This document shows, in pieces, positions 22,925-34,875 of a stretch of DNA of 64,000 nucleotides (positions are counted from its first letter, which is position 1; every line of letters begins with the position of its first letter). Under the pieces are notes generated by a model. That model saw only the letters and a program-made list of their open reading frames with translations, ran no database searches and was not told where the DNA came from. Where the stretch lies: positions 3,029,817 through 3,093,816 of the forward strand of contig MU053933.1 in NCBI GenBank assembly GCA_013239625.1. Direction: 5' to 3'. The stretch is from Lama guanicoe. Its lineage: Eukaryota. Position numbers and translations under genes: made by a program.

Positions 22925-25689
22925 TTTCTGCGTCATACCCAAGGGGGAAATGCCCCCAGGACGCCGGGTGTCCTGCCACTCTGTGGTCCCACTTCGCGCT
23001 GTGGTCTTGACCTCTCGCTGAAGTGAGTCAGCTGGTGGGAAGAAGGGCTGCGATGGGGGTCCAGCCACTGCCTTTTAAGGGTTAGAAGCCTGCGTTCTGC
23101 CAACTGTCACGGTGCTGTGTACTAACAGTGTTATGCGGGGCCAGGTGAACACTGGTGGCGTTACACAGACTAGACGTCTGCTAGTGGGGTGGTGGGGTGG
23201 CTGGGCCACACGGTCTCCTCCGCAGCAGCCCCAGGGCAGTCACAGCTCTGTGGTCACAGCAGAGGGACGGATGGGGGACAGCCGGCTGGCTGCCGCAGCA
23301 AGGATGAGGATGTGCAGCGTGAGGAGGAGAGGACTGCAGCCGGGAGGGAGGGACCTCGCAGGGGTGGTTGCTGGTTAGACGTGGAGCCCATGTGCTGTGA
23401 GGTCAGGACGTCCCGGCTCGCCGAGGGGGAGCTCACCTGGCGGCTTCCTGCCCTCAGGAGCATTGCCAGGCCTCCAGATGGTGTCGCCTGGCTCCGCTGC
23501 TCCCCCGCCTCCCCAGGTTCTGACTGGCTCTTTATTCCGCCGGCTGTTTCACAGGCGTGGCACCTCTCCTGGGGCACAGAGAGAGGCCCAGTGCATGGGT
23601 ACCACCCAGGCTGGTCCACGCAGGCCCCAAGGCTCCTGTTTGCTTCCTTCCTTCCTTCTCTTGGCTTCTTCCATTTTGGAGGACTCGAGTTCATTCTGGG
23701 CTCCTCTGGTCTTTTGTCCGCTCCTCGAGACGCTGGGGAGCGCCGTGCTCCCAGAGCAGCCTGGCATGAAGGGGCTGATGGCTTTTCACCGGATGACTCA
23801 TCTTCCTCCCCCTGCCGGCTGCCTGTGGCCAGGCTGTCTGGCGGCCCCTCGTGCAGGGGCAGTGATGGATGTGGAGCTGTGTGACTGCCCTTGGGGCCAG
23901 GGACAGTGTGTGGGGTGGAGGATGAGTGGCCCCTAGGCACACGTTTAGACAAGCAGGAGCTAGCTTCTCTGTACGCTTTGTTTACCAAGGTACCATGTGT
24001 TCGGTACACGCCAGCAGCTCAGCCGCTGCTCTGGAGGGAGTGGGTTAGTGTGCCCAGGTGTGGAGGGCAGCGCCCACCTTCAGCTCTGGCCAAGGGCGAC
24101 CTGAGGTTTCCCACCCTGGGGATGCACTGCATAGTCACAGGGCCAAGGATGCTTCTGCCTCTCTGGTTAAACACCGTCTCTGCTCATTCAGGACTTCCTC
24201 CAGAAGGCCGGGTGCATAACAGCTTGTACCCTTCGAGTCAGTGCACATGCCGTGCACTTCTCTTTGGAGTGAGGGATGACCAGGGACAGGCTTCTAGCCC
24301 TGAGCTGGACAGGGGTCTTCCGGGCAGCCCTTCGTCTTTATCAAGAGCTGGCTGTTTCAGGGCACAAGGCTGTGACCCTGCAGCTTTGTCTGCCCTGTAA
24401 CTGAGGACACGTGATCTTGCCCACCTGTCTCCCAACTCTGGGTCCGACACGCTGCTGAAGAGGCTGCTGTCTGCGGAGCCGGGGCCTCGGGCTGGAGCCA
24501 GCAGGGCTGGGCGCAGCTGGAGAGCAGCTGTCCTGGTCACCGGGCAGGGACCGCTGCTTAGCATCTGCTATGTTAAAATCTGGCAGAGCGTGAGTGCAAG
24601 TCATGGGAAGAGAACTTTCCAGCAGGACCCCACCTGGGCTGGTGGAGTCTGCTGGGGAATCCAGGGGCTGGTTCTGCTTCCATCCCCGCCAGTCGCCCTA
24701 TGGCCTGGCACCTGGGCTCAGTCGCTGTCCCTGTCTGTGCTGCTTCTTCACCTGTCGGGGCTGGGTCTCCTGAGCTGGCTTGCCTGGCCCCGGAGTCGGG
24801 TTCAGGCCGTTTAAGCGTCTGCAGAGTGGGCTAGGGGTGGCGGCGTCTTCCTGTGAAAGATGGCGAGAGCGACAAGGTGGCCTTGCGTTTTCTGTGCTCC
24901 AGGCACGAGCGCCTCTCTGGTCCCCACAGTCTCCTGGGCCTCTGATTATCTGGCTTTATCGGCGAGGAGACCGAAGTCAACACCAGGGCAGAGTCCAGAG
25001 CCCCCTCCCAGTTCTCGTTACTCCTTTGCTTCATCACTGTTAAATCCTACGACGCTCAGACTTCAGGTACTCCTGGCAAAGTCACTTTCAGGAAACCGGG
25101 CCATTTTCCATTTTCTCCAGCAGTTTGGAGAGGGCCTGTGACAGTAGACCCAAGGAAACACCGTGCACTGGAGCGAAACGCTTTTTCTTGTCTGCAGGCT
25201 GGGAAGGGAGGAGGGTGGGATGGGGACAGACGGCGTCCACCAGATCTGATGTGACCGAGAGGGAAACTCTCCAGATTCAGTGTCTTGAACTGATGGAGAG
25301 GAAAGAGTGGGTGGCTGCTGAAATGTTTGACTCTGAAAACACAGGTCTTGGAGAGAGCTGTGTACCTGTTTTTAATAGGAGCTATTTGAATATGTTTAAA
25401 ACCTGAACAGGTGTTAGGAGAGAAACAAAGTTTGAAGGTTAAGCAGACAGAGCTGGAATGCTGCTGGGATGTTGGTCTCCAGTGAGTCGGGAGGGGTTTG
25501 AATGTGGCGTGCAGGAGAGCTGCTCTCTGCCCAGAACGGGGCTTTCTCCCGCGCAGACTGCGATCTGCAGACTCTGCATTGCCTGGCAGCACTGGTCCCC
25601 CCAGCGCTGGACCTGGTCCCGTCCGGGGTCTGGTGCTGCAGCTGGCTGTCTGGTGTCCTCGGTCTCCTCACTCTGGGCATTTCTGTCCT

Positions 25690-28600
25690 ACTCTGCAGGC
25701 TTTCTGCGACACTGGAGGTGTACGGTGATGTGTGATGCAGATGTTTTTTCCATTTATTTGTCATGAATATTTTTTCATGGCAATTTTGCCGTGCCAAATA
25801 TTTCTATTTTTTATGAAGTTCAATTTATCTGTCTTTTCTTTTATTGCATCCTGGTTTTTAAGTCATAATTAGATAGCCTTTCCCTACACTCAGATTAAAG
25901 AGAAAACCACTTGTATTTTCTCCTTTCTAAGTACAGCTTGTTGAAGTGCACAGATTAAGATATGTGGTACTTCTGTAATCCTTCACTTATAAATGTTACG
26001 TTTCTACTACAGCTTCTTTTTTGACTTAGAAGTTATTTAGAAGTGTTTCTCAGTTCCAGACACATGGAGTTTAAAAAAAATACAGTATGTAAAATATACA
26101 TTTATAATTATATATACAATATTTTAAAATATTTTAGTGTCTTGGTTCACTGCATTGTTGGCAAGGTGGTCTCCGTGTCCACAGTCTTTGACATGGCTCA
26201 CATGTGCTCGAGCATCAGAAATGTGCTGTGCTTCAAAGCAGAACACATTTTGCCGGTTTGGAGCTTAAGCTCCACGTCCGTCCATGAGATGACGCTTGGA
26301 ATTTTGTCTAAATGTTGTCTTTCCTTTTAGATATTTTTCTCTAATCAGTCACCGTGAGAGCTGTGTTTAAATCTGCCAGTGTGATAATGGCTTTGTCTAC
26401 TTTCCTGTGCCTCTGTTCATTTCTGCTTTGTATAAAACATTGAGACTTTTTTGGGGTGCCCGTGAGTCTGGCATTGTAATATCATGCAGTTAAACTGAGC
26501 CCCTTTATCTGTATGCAACATGGTGTGCCCTGGATCTAGCTTTTTTTGCCTTGCATTTTCTCTGGTATATTTGTCTTCCCCTCTTTCAGTCTCTGTATGT
26601 TTTAGCTGTGTCTTTCTAAATGGTACCTAATGGAGCTTAGTTTTATCCTCTGTGACAATCTTCGTCTTTTAAAGATTGGGGCATTCCGTTTACTTTAATC
26701 TACTTCAATTTCGTATAGATTTGGATCCTTCCTACAGTCTTATTTTGTGCTTTTTGTTTAGCTCTTTTTAATGTTTATTTTTTCTCCCTTCTACATTTTT
26801 TGATTGACACATTGTGTTTATTTCTCATCAGTTTTCTCCTTCACTGTGTAATTTTGGTTTCTCTTATTTTCGTGTTTGGCTTATACGTGTACTTGATTTA
26901 TCAATGTTTACATTTAATTGGTACCTTTAGCCACACCCCAAATGACACAGGTTTCTTAAAATACTTCGTCTCTGATGACCCCTCCTGACCCGAGTGTTAT
27001 TTCACTCTCTGTCACTGTGCCCCCTTCTTTGTTATCTGACGCCCTCACTGTCACTGCCCTTTTAGATGTACTCCCCCCCCCCATTCTTTGCCCTTCATTT
27101 CTTCTTCTTTACATACTGCTGCCTCTGAAACGCATCACGGTGACAGAGTTCATGGAAAACAATTTTTAACTGAAACCTTCTTTATTTTCCTTTTACAAAT
27201 GTTTTGTCTTTAATGTTCAGACCATGTTTTATTTACTGAGTCAATATGAAGTTGTTTTACCTAAGATTGCTTTCAAAAGTGAAAATCAGTTTTAATGGAA
27301 AAAAATGACACGCAAGGTACTTTTGTCTAGAAAAAGCTTTGTTTCCAAGTTCAGGAGTGCTGATACGTCTTTGCCTTGTTAAATATATATACAACATTGC
27401 CACAGTGAAGGGGCATCACAGGAATAGTTCAGGTACCCAGGAAAAGCTTACTGTTGAATAATTCTTGTGTTCCTGAAATCTAACGTGTTGACTGACATCG
27501 TATCTTTGCCAGTGGGATTCTTTTTTTTTTTCTTGGTTTTGGTGATTATTTTTTTGCTGACTTACTTCCTCCTCTGGGGTGGTTAATTTTGGCTTGCTAA
27601 TCTACCAAAATCTGCCAGTGTCTCTTTTTATGACTCCTAGAAATTATCTTACATTTTCAGCAGCATTTTAAAAAATTTTATTTTTTCCTCTGGTTACAGC
27701 TTGAAAATCCTCAGAGGTTTTTATTTAGCGTGACATCTTCTTGCAGCGCCATAAACAAATAAGTGGAAATTGCCAGCAGACCTCAGAGCTCGGTGGAGAG
27801 GCCGAAAACCCAGTCACAGAGCAGCCGGCAGTAGTGCCTCCTTCTGGCCAAAAGCTAATAAAACAAAAATGGTTTGAAATAACTTTAAAATTATCTTTCA
27901 CTTTATTCTTGAAAGATATTTAAGACAGATACTTCTTAAAGTTCTGGGTGGAACGTTATTTCCTTGGAGTTGGCAAAGATTATACTCTACTCTCTTTGGC
28001 TTGCTCTTCTGCGGAGAGGCTGTCTTTCAATCTAAGTGATTCTCCTTTCAAGGAATTTTTTCAACTCTGGCTACATTTAAGATCTTCTCTGTTTTCAGTG
28101 TTGTATAGTTTCACCATGATGCATCTCGGTATCGACGTCTTTATGTTTATTCTGCATGGGAGTTCTCTCTTTGTCACGTGTGTTTCATTTTTTATTTTAA
28201 TTGCAGTGTAGTCAGTTGACAATGTTATGTCAGTTTCTGGTGTGCATCATAATAGTTCCGTCATCCACATACACACATATATTCATTTTCATTTTCTTTT
28301 TCATTAGAGGTTACTACAAGACATTGAATATAGTTCCCTGTGCTCTACAGTAGAAACGTGTTGTTTATCTATTTTATATATAGTGAGGTATAATTAATGT
28401 AGAATAAAATTCACTTTTTTTTAGGGATACAGTTTGGTGAGTTTTGACCAACATAGACAGATATTAACAATAAACACAATCGTAATACAGAGTGTTTTCC
28501 CCACCCCAAGTGCCCTCATGCCTCTGCCTGCTCCTAGAGCCCCAGACAAATACTGATCTGTCTGTCGTGTCTGCACTTTGACTTCCTTAGAGTGTTGTGT

Positions 28601-31600
28601 GAATGGAATCACAGTCTGGAGCTTTTTGAGTCTGTTCTGTTTTTTTTTTTAACCTACCCATAATGCTTTCGAGATGCATTCATACTGTTGTTGAGTCATA
28701 TTGAATGGATGTACCACGATCTGTTTACCCAGTCGCTGACTGATGGATGTTTGGAGATTTCTGGTTCGGAGGTCCTGACTGAACCCGCTGGCTACTTTCT
28801 CGCATAGGCCTTTACGTGGACGCAGGTCCTCATTTTTAATAGGGAAGTACCTGAGCTTTTCCGTGTCATTTGACAAGTGTGTGTCTAACTTTGTAAGAAA
28901 CTTGTTTTCCTAAGTTATTGCACTGTTTTGTGTTCCCACAGACATTTGCTCTTGGAATGTTAACTTTTGACGTCAGTTTAAAAAATTTCATTCTTTCCAG
29001 TGAGTGCATAGTGGTATCTCATAGTTTTCATTTGCAGTTTTCTGGTGACAAATGCTATTGAACATTTTTTCCTGTGTTTATTTGCCATCTGCATGTCTCC
29101 TTTGGTGAGATGTCTGTTCAGATATTTTGCTTACTAACATTTTTGTACTATTTGTTTTCCTGTTACTGAGTTTTGAGGGTTTGTTGTGTACTCTGGACAC
29201 CAGTCATTTATCAGATGCATGTTTTCCAAATATTTTCTCCCAGAGTGTGGCTTGTTTATTTTCTCAAGAGTGTCTTTCAAAACAGCAGTGTTTAATCTTG
29301 ATAAAGTGAAATTTCTCAATTTTTTTATGTTACAGTTGGTTCTCTATGTTCTAGCCAAAAGTTCCATGCCTTCCTCAAGGTCACAAAAATTATTTCCCAT
29401 GGTTTATTCTAGAAATTGTACAATATTGTGTTTTACACTTTGGTCTCTGAATCATTTTCCCCCCTCTGATACAGGGAAGATACAAGCACAGTTTCCGTCT
29501 CCCCCGCGGGTGTACAGTCCTCCGTCGCTGTTTGTTAGAGGACTGCTGTTCTGTTGACTGTCTTCGCTCCTTGCCCACCGTGTGCGGGCGGGTCTGTCTT
29601 GGGACTCCACGTTCTGTTTCCCTGCTGGACGTGCCTGTCCTTTGCCCAGTACCGCAGCATCGGGATCACTGTGGCATCAGAGCACACCTTGAAATCAAGC
29701 AGGATGAGTCCCCCAGTGAGTCTTCTTGTTCAAGACTGTTTTCCAGTTCTGACTCCTTTGCTATTCCGCACGGATTTTAGAATCAGCTTGTCAATTTCTA
29801 CAAAACAGACTGCTGGGATTGTGATTGGAACTGTTGAGTCTAGAGATCAGTTTGAGGATAGTTGACATCCTTTTTGTTTTGACTTTGCTTTTGAGATAAA
29901 ATTTACATATCATGGCAGTCACCATTTTAAAGTGTAATGTTCTGTGGTTTTCAGTGTGCTCACTAGCCCGTGCACCTGTCACCACCACCCAATTCCAGAA
30001 CATCTTCATCACCCTTAATGGACATTCCGTCCTCATTGTGATCATTCCCGAGTCATTCCTCCCTCCCAACCCCCAGCAACCGTGAATCTATTTTTGGTCT
30101 CTATGGATTTGCCTGTTCTGAACACTTCATATAATTGGAACCATGTAACATATCACCTTTTGTGTCTGGCTTTTTTCACTTAGCATGACGTTTTCAAGGT
30201 CCCTGTATAAGTAGCATCTCTTAGTGCTATAGTCCTTTTTTGTGGCTAAACAATATTCCATCATATGCGTATGCCACATTTCCTTCATCAACTGATGGAT
30301 ATTTGAGTTATTCCTCCTTTGGGGCCATTATTAATATTTATGTGCAGTTTTTGTTTGAATATATATTTTAATTTATTGGGCTTATATCTAGGAGTGGAAC
30401 TGTGGGATCATATGGTAACTCCATGTTTAACTTTTTGAGGAAACACCAACTGTTTTCCAGTGTGGCTGAGAAATTTTACATTCCCACTAGCAATGTTTGA
30501 GTGTCCCAGTTTCTCTGTGTTACTTGGTGTTTTCCAGCTTTTTGGCTCTAGCCATCCTAGCTGCTGGGAAGTGGTATCTCACTGTGGTACTGATTAGCCT
30601 TTGTCTAAGACTAGTGCTGCCTTTTCATGTGTTTACTGACCATTTGCAGATCTTCTTTGAAGAAATGTCTGTTCAGATTCCTTTCCCACTCTTTAGTTGG
30701 GATGGCATTTTTATTGTTGAATTTATAAATTCTGGATACTCGACCCTTAGATACATAATTTATATAATTTTTCACCCATTCTTTGGATTGTCTTTTCACT
30801 TTCATTGTAGTGTGCTTTGGTACACGAAAGTTCTTAATTTTTATGAAGTCCAGTTTATTTTTTCTTTGATTACTTGTGCTCAAGAAACTTGCCAAGTCCA
30901 GTGTATGAAGCTTTTGCCCTGCTTTCTTCTGAAAGCTTAATAGTTTTAGCTCTTACATTTAGGTTTTTGATCTGTTATGAGTTAATTTTTGTATATGGTG
31001 TGAATCAAAAGTCCAAATTCATTCTCTTGCATGTGGATATCCAGCTATCCCAGCACCATTTGTTGAAAAACCGGTTCTTTCCTCCTTTGAATGATCTTAG
31101 CGTCCTGGTTGAAATTCATTCGATCACAGGTGTACGGGTTTATTTCTAGACTCTCAGTTCTGAGCCGTTATCTATGTGTGTATCCTTATGTGAGGACTAC
31201 ATGGTCTTGAATCCTGTAGGTTTGTAGTAGGTTTTGAAATTGGAAAGGGTGAGTCCTTCGACTGTGTTCTTTTTTTTTTCCCCAAGATTTTTGGGGTATT
31301 TGGATATTCTTTTCTTTTGGGTTTTGTTTTGCAATTCCGTATGAATATTTGTTTATATAAAAAAGGGCAGGTATACATTTGACAATGGTTGTCTTGAATC
31401 TGCAGCTAAATTTGGGAGTGTTTTCTTGTTAAAATATGAAGGCTTTTAGTCCAGGAGCACAGGATGTCTTTACATTTAATTAGGTCTTCTGTAATTTATT
31501 TTAATGATTGTTTTTAGTTTTCACAGTACAAGTCTTAAATTTTTGTGAAACTTATTAATATGTATTTTATTATTTTCCATGCTATTGTAAATGTAATTGT

Positions 31601-32590
31601 TTTCTTAATTTCATTTTGAAGTTTTCTTGCTAGTGTCCATAAGTACAGCTGATTTCTGTACATTGATCTTGTATCTTGCAACCTCACTAAACTTGTTTAC
31701 TAGCTCTATGTTTTTTTCAGATTCTAACCCACATGCTCTTTATTGCTTCTCCTGCCTTGATTGCATTTACTCAGAATCTCCGGCGGGATGTTGACTAGGG
31801 ATGGAGAGAATGGACAGCCTTGCTTTGCTTCTGATCCAGGCAGAAAGCACCGAGTCTCTCACGGTTGAGTTGATGATAGCTGTAGGTTTTCCTTAGATGC
31901 CTTTTATCAGGTTTAGGAATTTGCTAAGAACTTTTATCATAAGTGCTTGTTGAATTTTGTCAAATTCTTTTCTACATCTATTGAAATAATGGTTTTCAAT
32001 TTTTAATCCCCCAAATGGTAAATTACATTGCTTGATTTTCAAATGTTGGACTAACATTACTGGGTCAAATCCTACTTAGTTATGATGTGTTATATAAAAG
32101 GGATTTTGTTAAGGATGTTTGCATGTATATTCATGAGGGATTTGGGTGTGTAGTTTTCCTTCCTTGAAATGACTTCATGTGGTTTTGTTGTTAATATAAT
32201 TTTGACCTCATGAAACCAGTGGAAAGTGTTCCCTCTTCCTTTGTTTTCCGGAGGAGTTTGTGTAGAATCGGAATTCTGTATTTCTTAATTGTTTGTTAGA
32301 ATTTTCCATTAAAGCCATTTGAGCGTGGAGTTTTCTTTGTTGGAAAGTTGCAGGCTGGGATTTCAGCTTCTTCGCTTGTTGCAAGACTCTCGTTCGCGTA
32401 GGTCAAGGTTTCTGCTTGGTGTCATCGTGCGTCTGTTGGAGCAGCTTCCTTCAGCATTGCATGTTGTTTATCTCGTCAGATGTTACTTCTGCCACGTTTT
32501 GCTCCTCTTCCAAACCCCCAATTAATCAGGTCAGACTTTCTTAGTCTATGCTTCTTGTCACTTAACGTCTTTTCCAAACTCACCGTCCTT
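25690..32590 (-). mobile_element. Large stack of nested antisense L1 elements (young 3' end at ~28190-28385; L1MB-type elements at ~28390-29870 and ~29880-31720; older L1M either side)
   Basis: ORF 30611..30895(-) gives 'KNKLDFIKIKNF...KVKRQ...NRHFFKEDLQMVSKHMKR' (L1 ORF2). There are multiple L1 3'-end starts ('ttgcagtgtagtcagttgacaatg', 'gaggtataatt', 'tttgagataaaatttacata'). The part at ~27150-27880 is not clearly L1. Confidence 0.85.
27832..27850 (-). promoter_or_regulatory. Candidate CTCF site
   Basis: Minus strand TGGCCAGAAGGAGGCACTA versus consensus TGGCCASYAGRKGGCRCTA (2 mismatches). Confidence 0.4.
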
Positions 32591-32609
32591 CTGTTTTTTT
32601 CCTGTGAAC

Positions 32610-33630
32610 TATAGTGATTATCCAGAATGCAGCCCAGAGAGACAAAGCAAGAGAAGCAGTGAAAGAGGGGATAAGAGACTTGGAAAGAGATTGAAAAAGC
32701 ATAATGGGACTCATTGGTGTTCAGAAGGAGAAGAGAGAAGAGTTGGGTAGAGGTAATATTTGAGGAGTTGATGGCTACCAGTTTTCCAGAATTGATGAAA
32801 GCCACCATTGTACAGTTTCAGAAATCCTAACAAATACCAATTATGTGAAATGAAGAGAAATCTGTGTCTAGGCAGATCATGGTGAACCTCTTGAATACTA
32901 AAGACAAGTGAAGGGTCATAACAGAGAGAAAAGAATTTGTTCAAAGAAGGACCATTAAGGCCATCAGATGCCTTTTAACTGCACCAGTGGAAATGGGAAC
33001 ATAGTTGGACCATCCATGTGGTGGGGGAAAAGAAATCACCCAGCATTCTGTACTTCATGAATGCATTGTTCAGGAATGAGAGCAAAATAAACACATTTCC
33101 TAGAAACAAAAACCGAGATAACTTGATACCTATAGGTCTTTATTAAAAGCATTTCTAAAGGATCTATTTCAAGAGGAAAGAACATTTTCCTATGGAAATT
33201 CTGAGATTTAAGGAAAATTAAAAACAGAGAAAGTTGTGTGTGTTTGAGTTAATCTAAAGACACATTAAATGTTTAAAGCCATGGACAGATCTCTCCGGCA
33301 GCTAACGACCAGGAGCAGAACTAAAATGCATGACTTCATGGTCACGTCTTTGGGGAGGGAGTGGAGTGACCGGGCTGCTTGGGTGGAGTGTGAGGACATC
33401 AGACTTTGAGAAGTTAGGGGCTCATGTGATCATTTTTAAGTTAAGAAGTAAAGAGAATAAAATGTATAAAGTAGTGGAGGAAAAAAATCTGCAAGAAGGC
33501 AATTAAGGAGACTTACAGGAAACGTAAGAAAAGTAGAAAACACAACATAAAATGGTGCATAAATCCAGATGTACCAGAATTTCTCTAAATACTAATGGGC
33601 TACATGCTTTAAAGAGCTGCATTGAAAGAA
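32610..33630 (+). mobile_element. Old L1 ORF1/inter-ORF remnant (sense)
   Basis: 'attatccagaatgcagcccagagagacaaag', 'ggtaatatttgaggagttgatggctaccagttttccagaattgatgaaag' and 'gaaatctgtgtctaggcagatcatggtgaac'. Confidence 0.8.
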
Positions 33631-33659
33631 CTGTCCCTCACTGTCTTAGCGTTTGGTGT

Positions 33660-34150
33660 CGCCGCGTTGAAGCTTCAGAGCTCCGGCCTCGTCCTTGGAT
33701 TTCCCGGATCTGAGCGGAGTGCTAGCGCTTGGGTCCTCTGTGTCCCCTCCTTCTGAGGTGAAGGGCCTCTTCTTTGCATTGCTCTTACGCTCTCTTTTTC
33801 CTTCCACTCTGCTTTCTGGAGAGGTCCTTGACTTCATTCTCTGACTTTCTATTCCACTCAAGCTGTGCCCCTTTGCACAGTGTGTGTCCTGGGGTTTTTA
33901 GGTTTTCATTTTGACAACGTTTTCCCCGTCTGGTGTCTCCTTGTTTCTCTCTCACGTGTGGGACATCATGATCGTTGCCCGGATATGTAAATGACTGCTT
34001 ATTGTTGGCTTCGTGACTTCTCAGATGAACACTCTTATTTTGGGTTTGGGGTATCTCATCGCATTGGTTTTCTTTCAGTTGTCTCCTTGTTGGCTGTGAG
34101 GTTTGCATTTTGATGCCTGTCTCTGGTGTCTCTGGGAGAAAGTTGAAGGG
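33660..34150 (-). mobile_element. Old L1 ORF1-region remnant (antisense)
   Basis: Pyrimidine-rich antisense ORF1-like motifs 'tctgctttctggagaggtccttgactt' and 'ttggttttctttcagttgtctcc'. Confidence 0.5.
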
Positions 34151-34419
34151 GGTGTGGCCGGTGTGGCCTCCTGGGGTAGCTTGTCCTGTGCCTTGAGGGT
34201 GTGGTGACTGCCCGCCCTACCCGGCCCCCGTCAGCCTGTCCTGGAGCAGACACCGTGGCCCAGGCCGCTGCCCCGCAGCACAGCGGTGTACCTGGGTCTC
34301 TAGCTGATGCCGTGGAGGCCACTCGCATTCCTGACACAGGCTTGTGTTTCTTTCATCTCTGCTCCTCTTTGCATGCATCTCTCCACAGAGGTCCCTCCTC
34401 TCCTTCTCTCCGTATGGTT

Positions 34420-34875
34420 TCCTACTCTGTACAACCACCCGGCCCACGGCCCAGCGGCGTCGAAAAACAAATCTGTGTTGTCTCGGAGCCCTTGTGGGTT
34501 AGGACTTACTGAGGGCGACGTGGCTGTGCTTCTGGCTCCGGGTCCCTCCTGAGGCGTAGGTGCCGGCCTGGAGCTGGAGGAGCTGCTTCCGAGCTGTCTC
34601 CCCATGCAGCCCTGGGCGGGAGGCCTCCCCTGAGGGTGGCGGAGTGTCTTTCTGGCCTGCAGATCCCTCCCCGGAAGCCAGTGATCCAAGAGGGGGAGTC
34701 AGGAGGATCACGTGCTTTTATATCCTTGCCCTGGATGTCACGGTGTCCCTTCTGCCCCACTGTAGCCTTTACAGTGTCTTATGAAGTACAGGCCACTCTT
34801 AAGGGAGGGGAATTATTCTCCACCTTTTTCAGGGAGGACGACCCCAGGGCCTGTGGGCATATCTGAAACCACCGC
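34420..34875 (-). mobile_element. MaLR LTR (MLT1F/G-like)
   Basis: 'cttctggctccgggtccctcctgagg', 'gctggaggagctgcttcc', 'gcttttatatccttgccctggatgtcac', 'aagggaggggaattattctccacctttttcagggagg' and 'tgtgggcatatctgaaaccacc'. Confidence 0.7.

Noticed and set aside
23189..24009. Overlapping 231/251/179-aa ORFs
   Set aside because: They are open on both strands, with no domain and no splice or promoter support.
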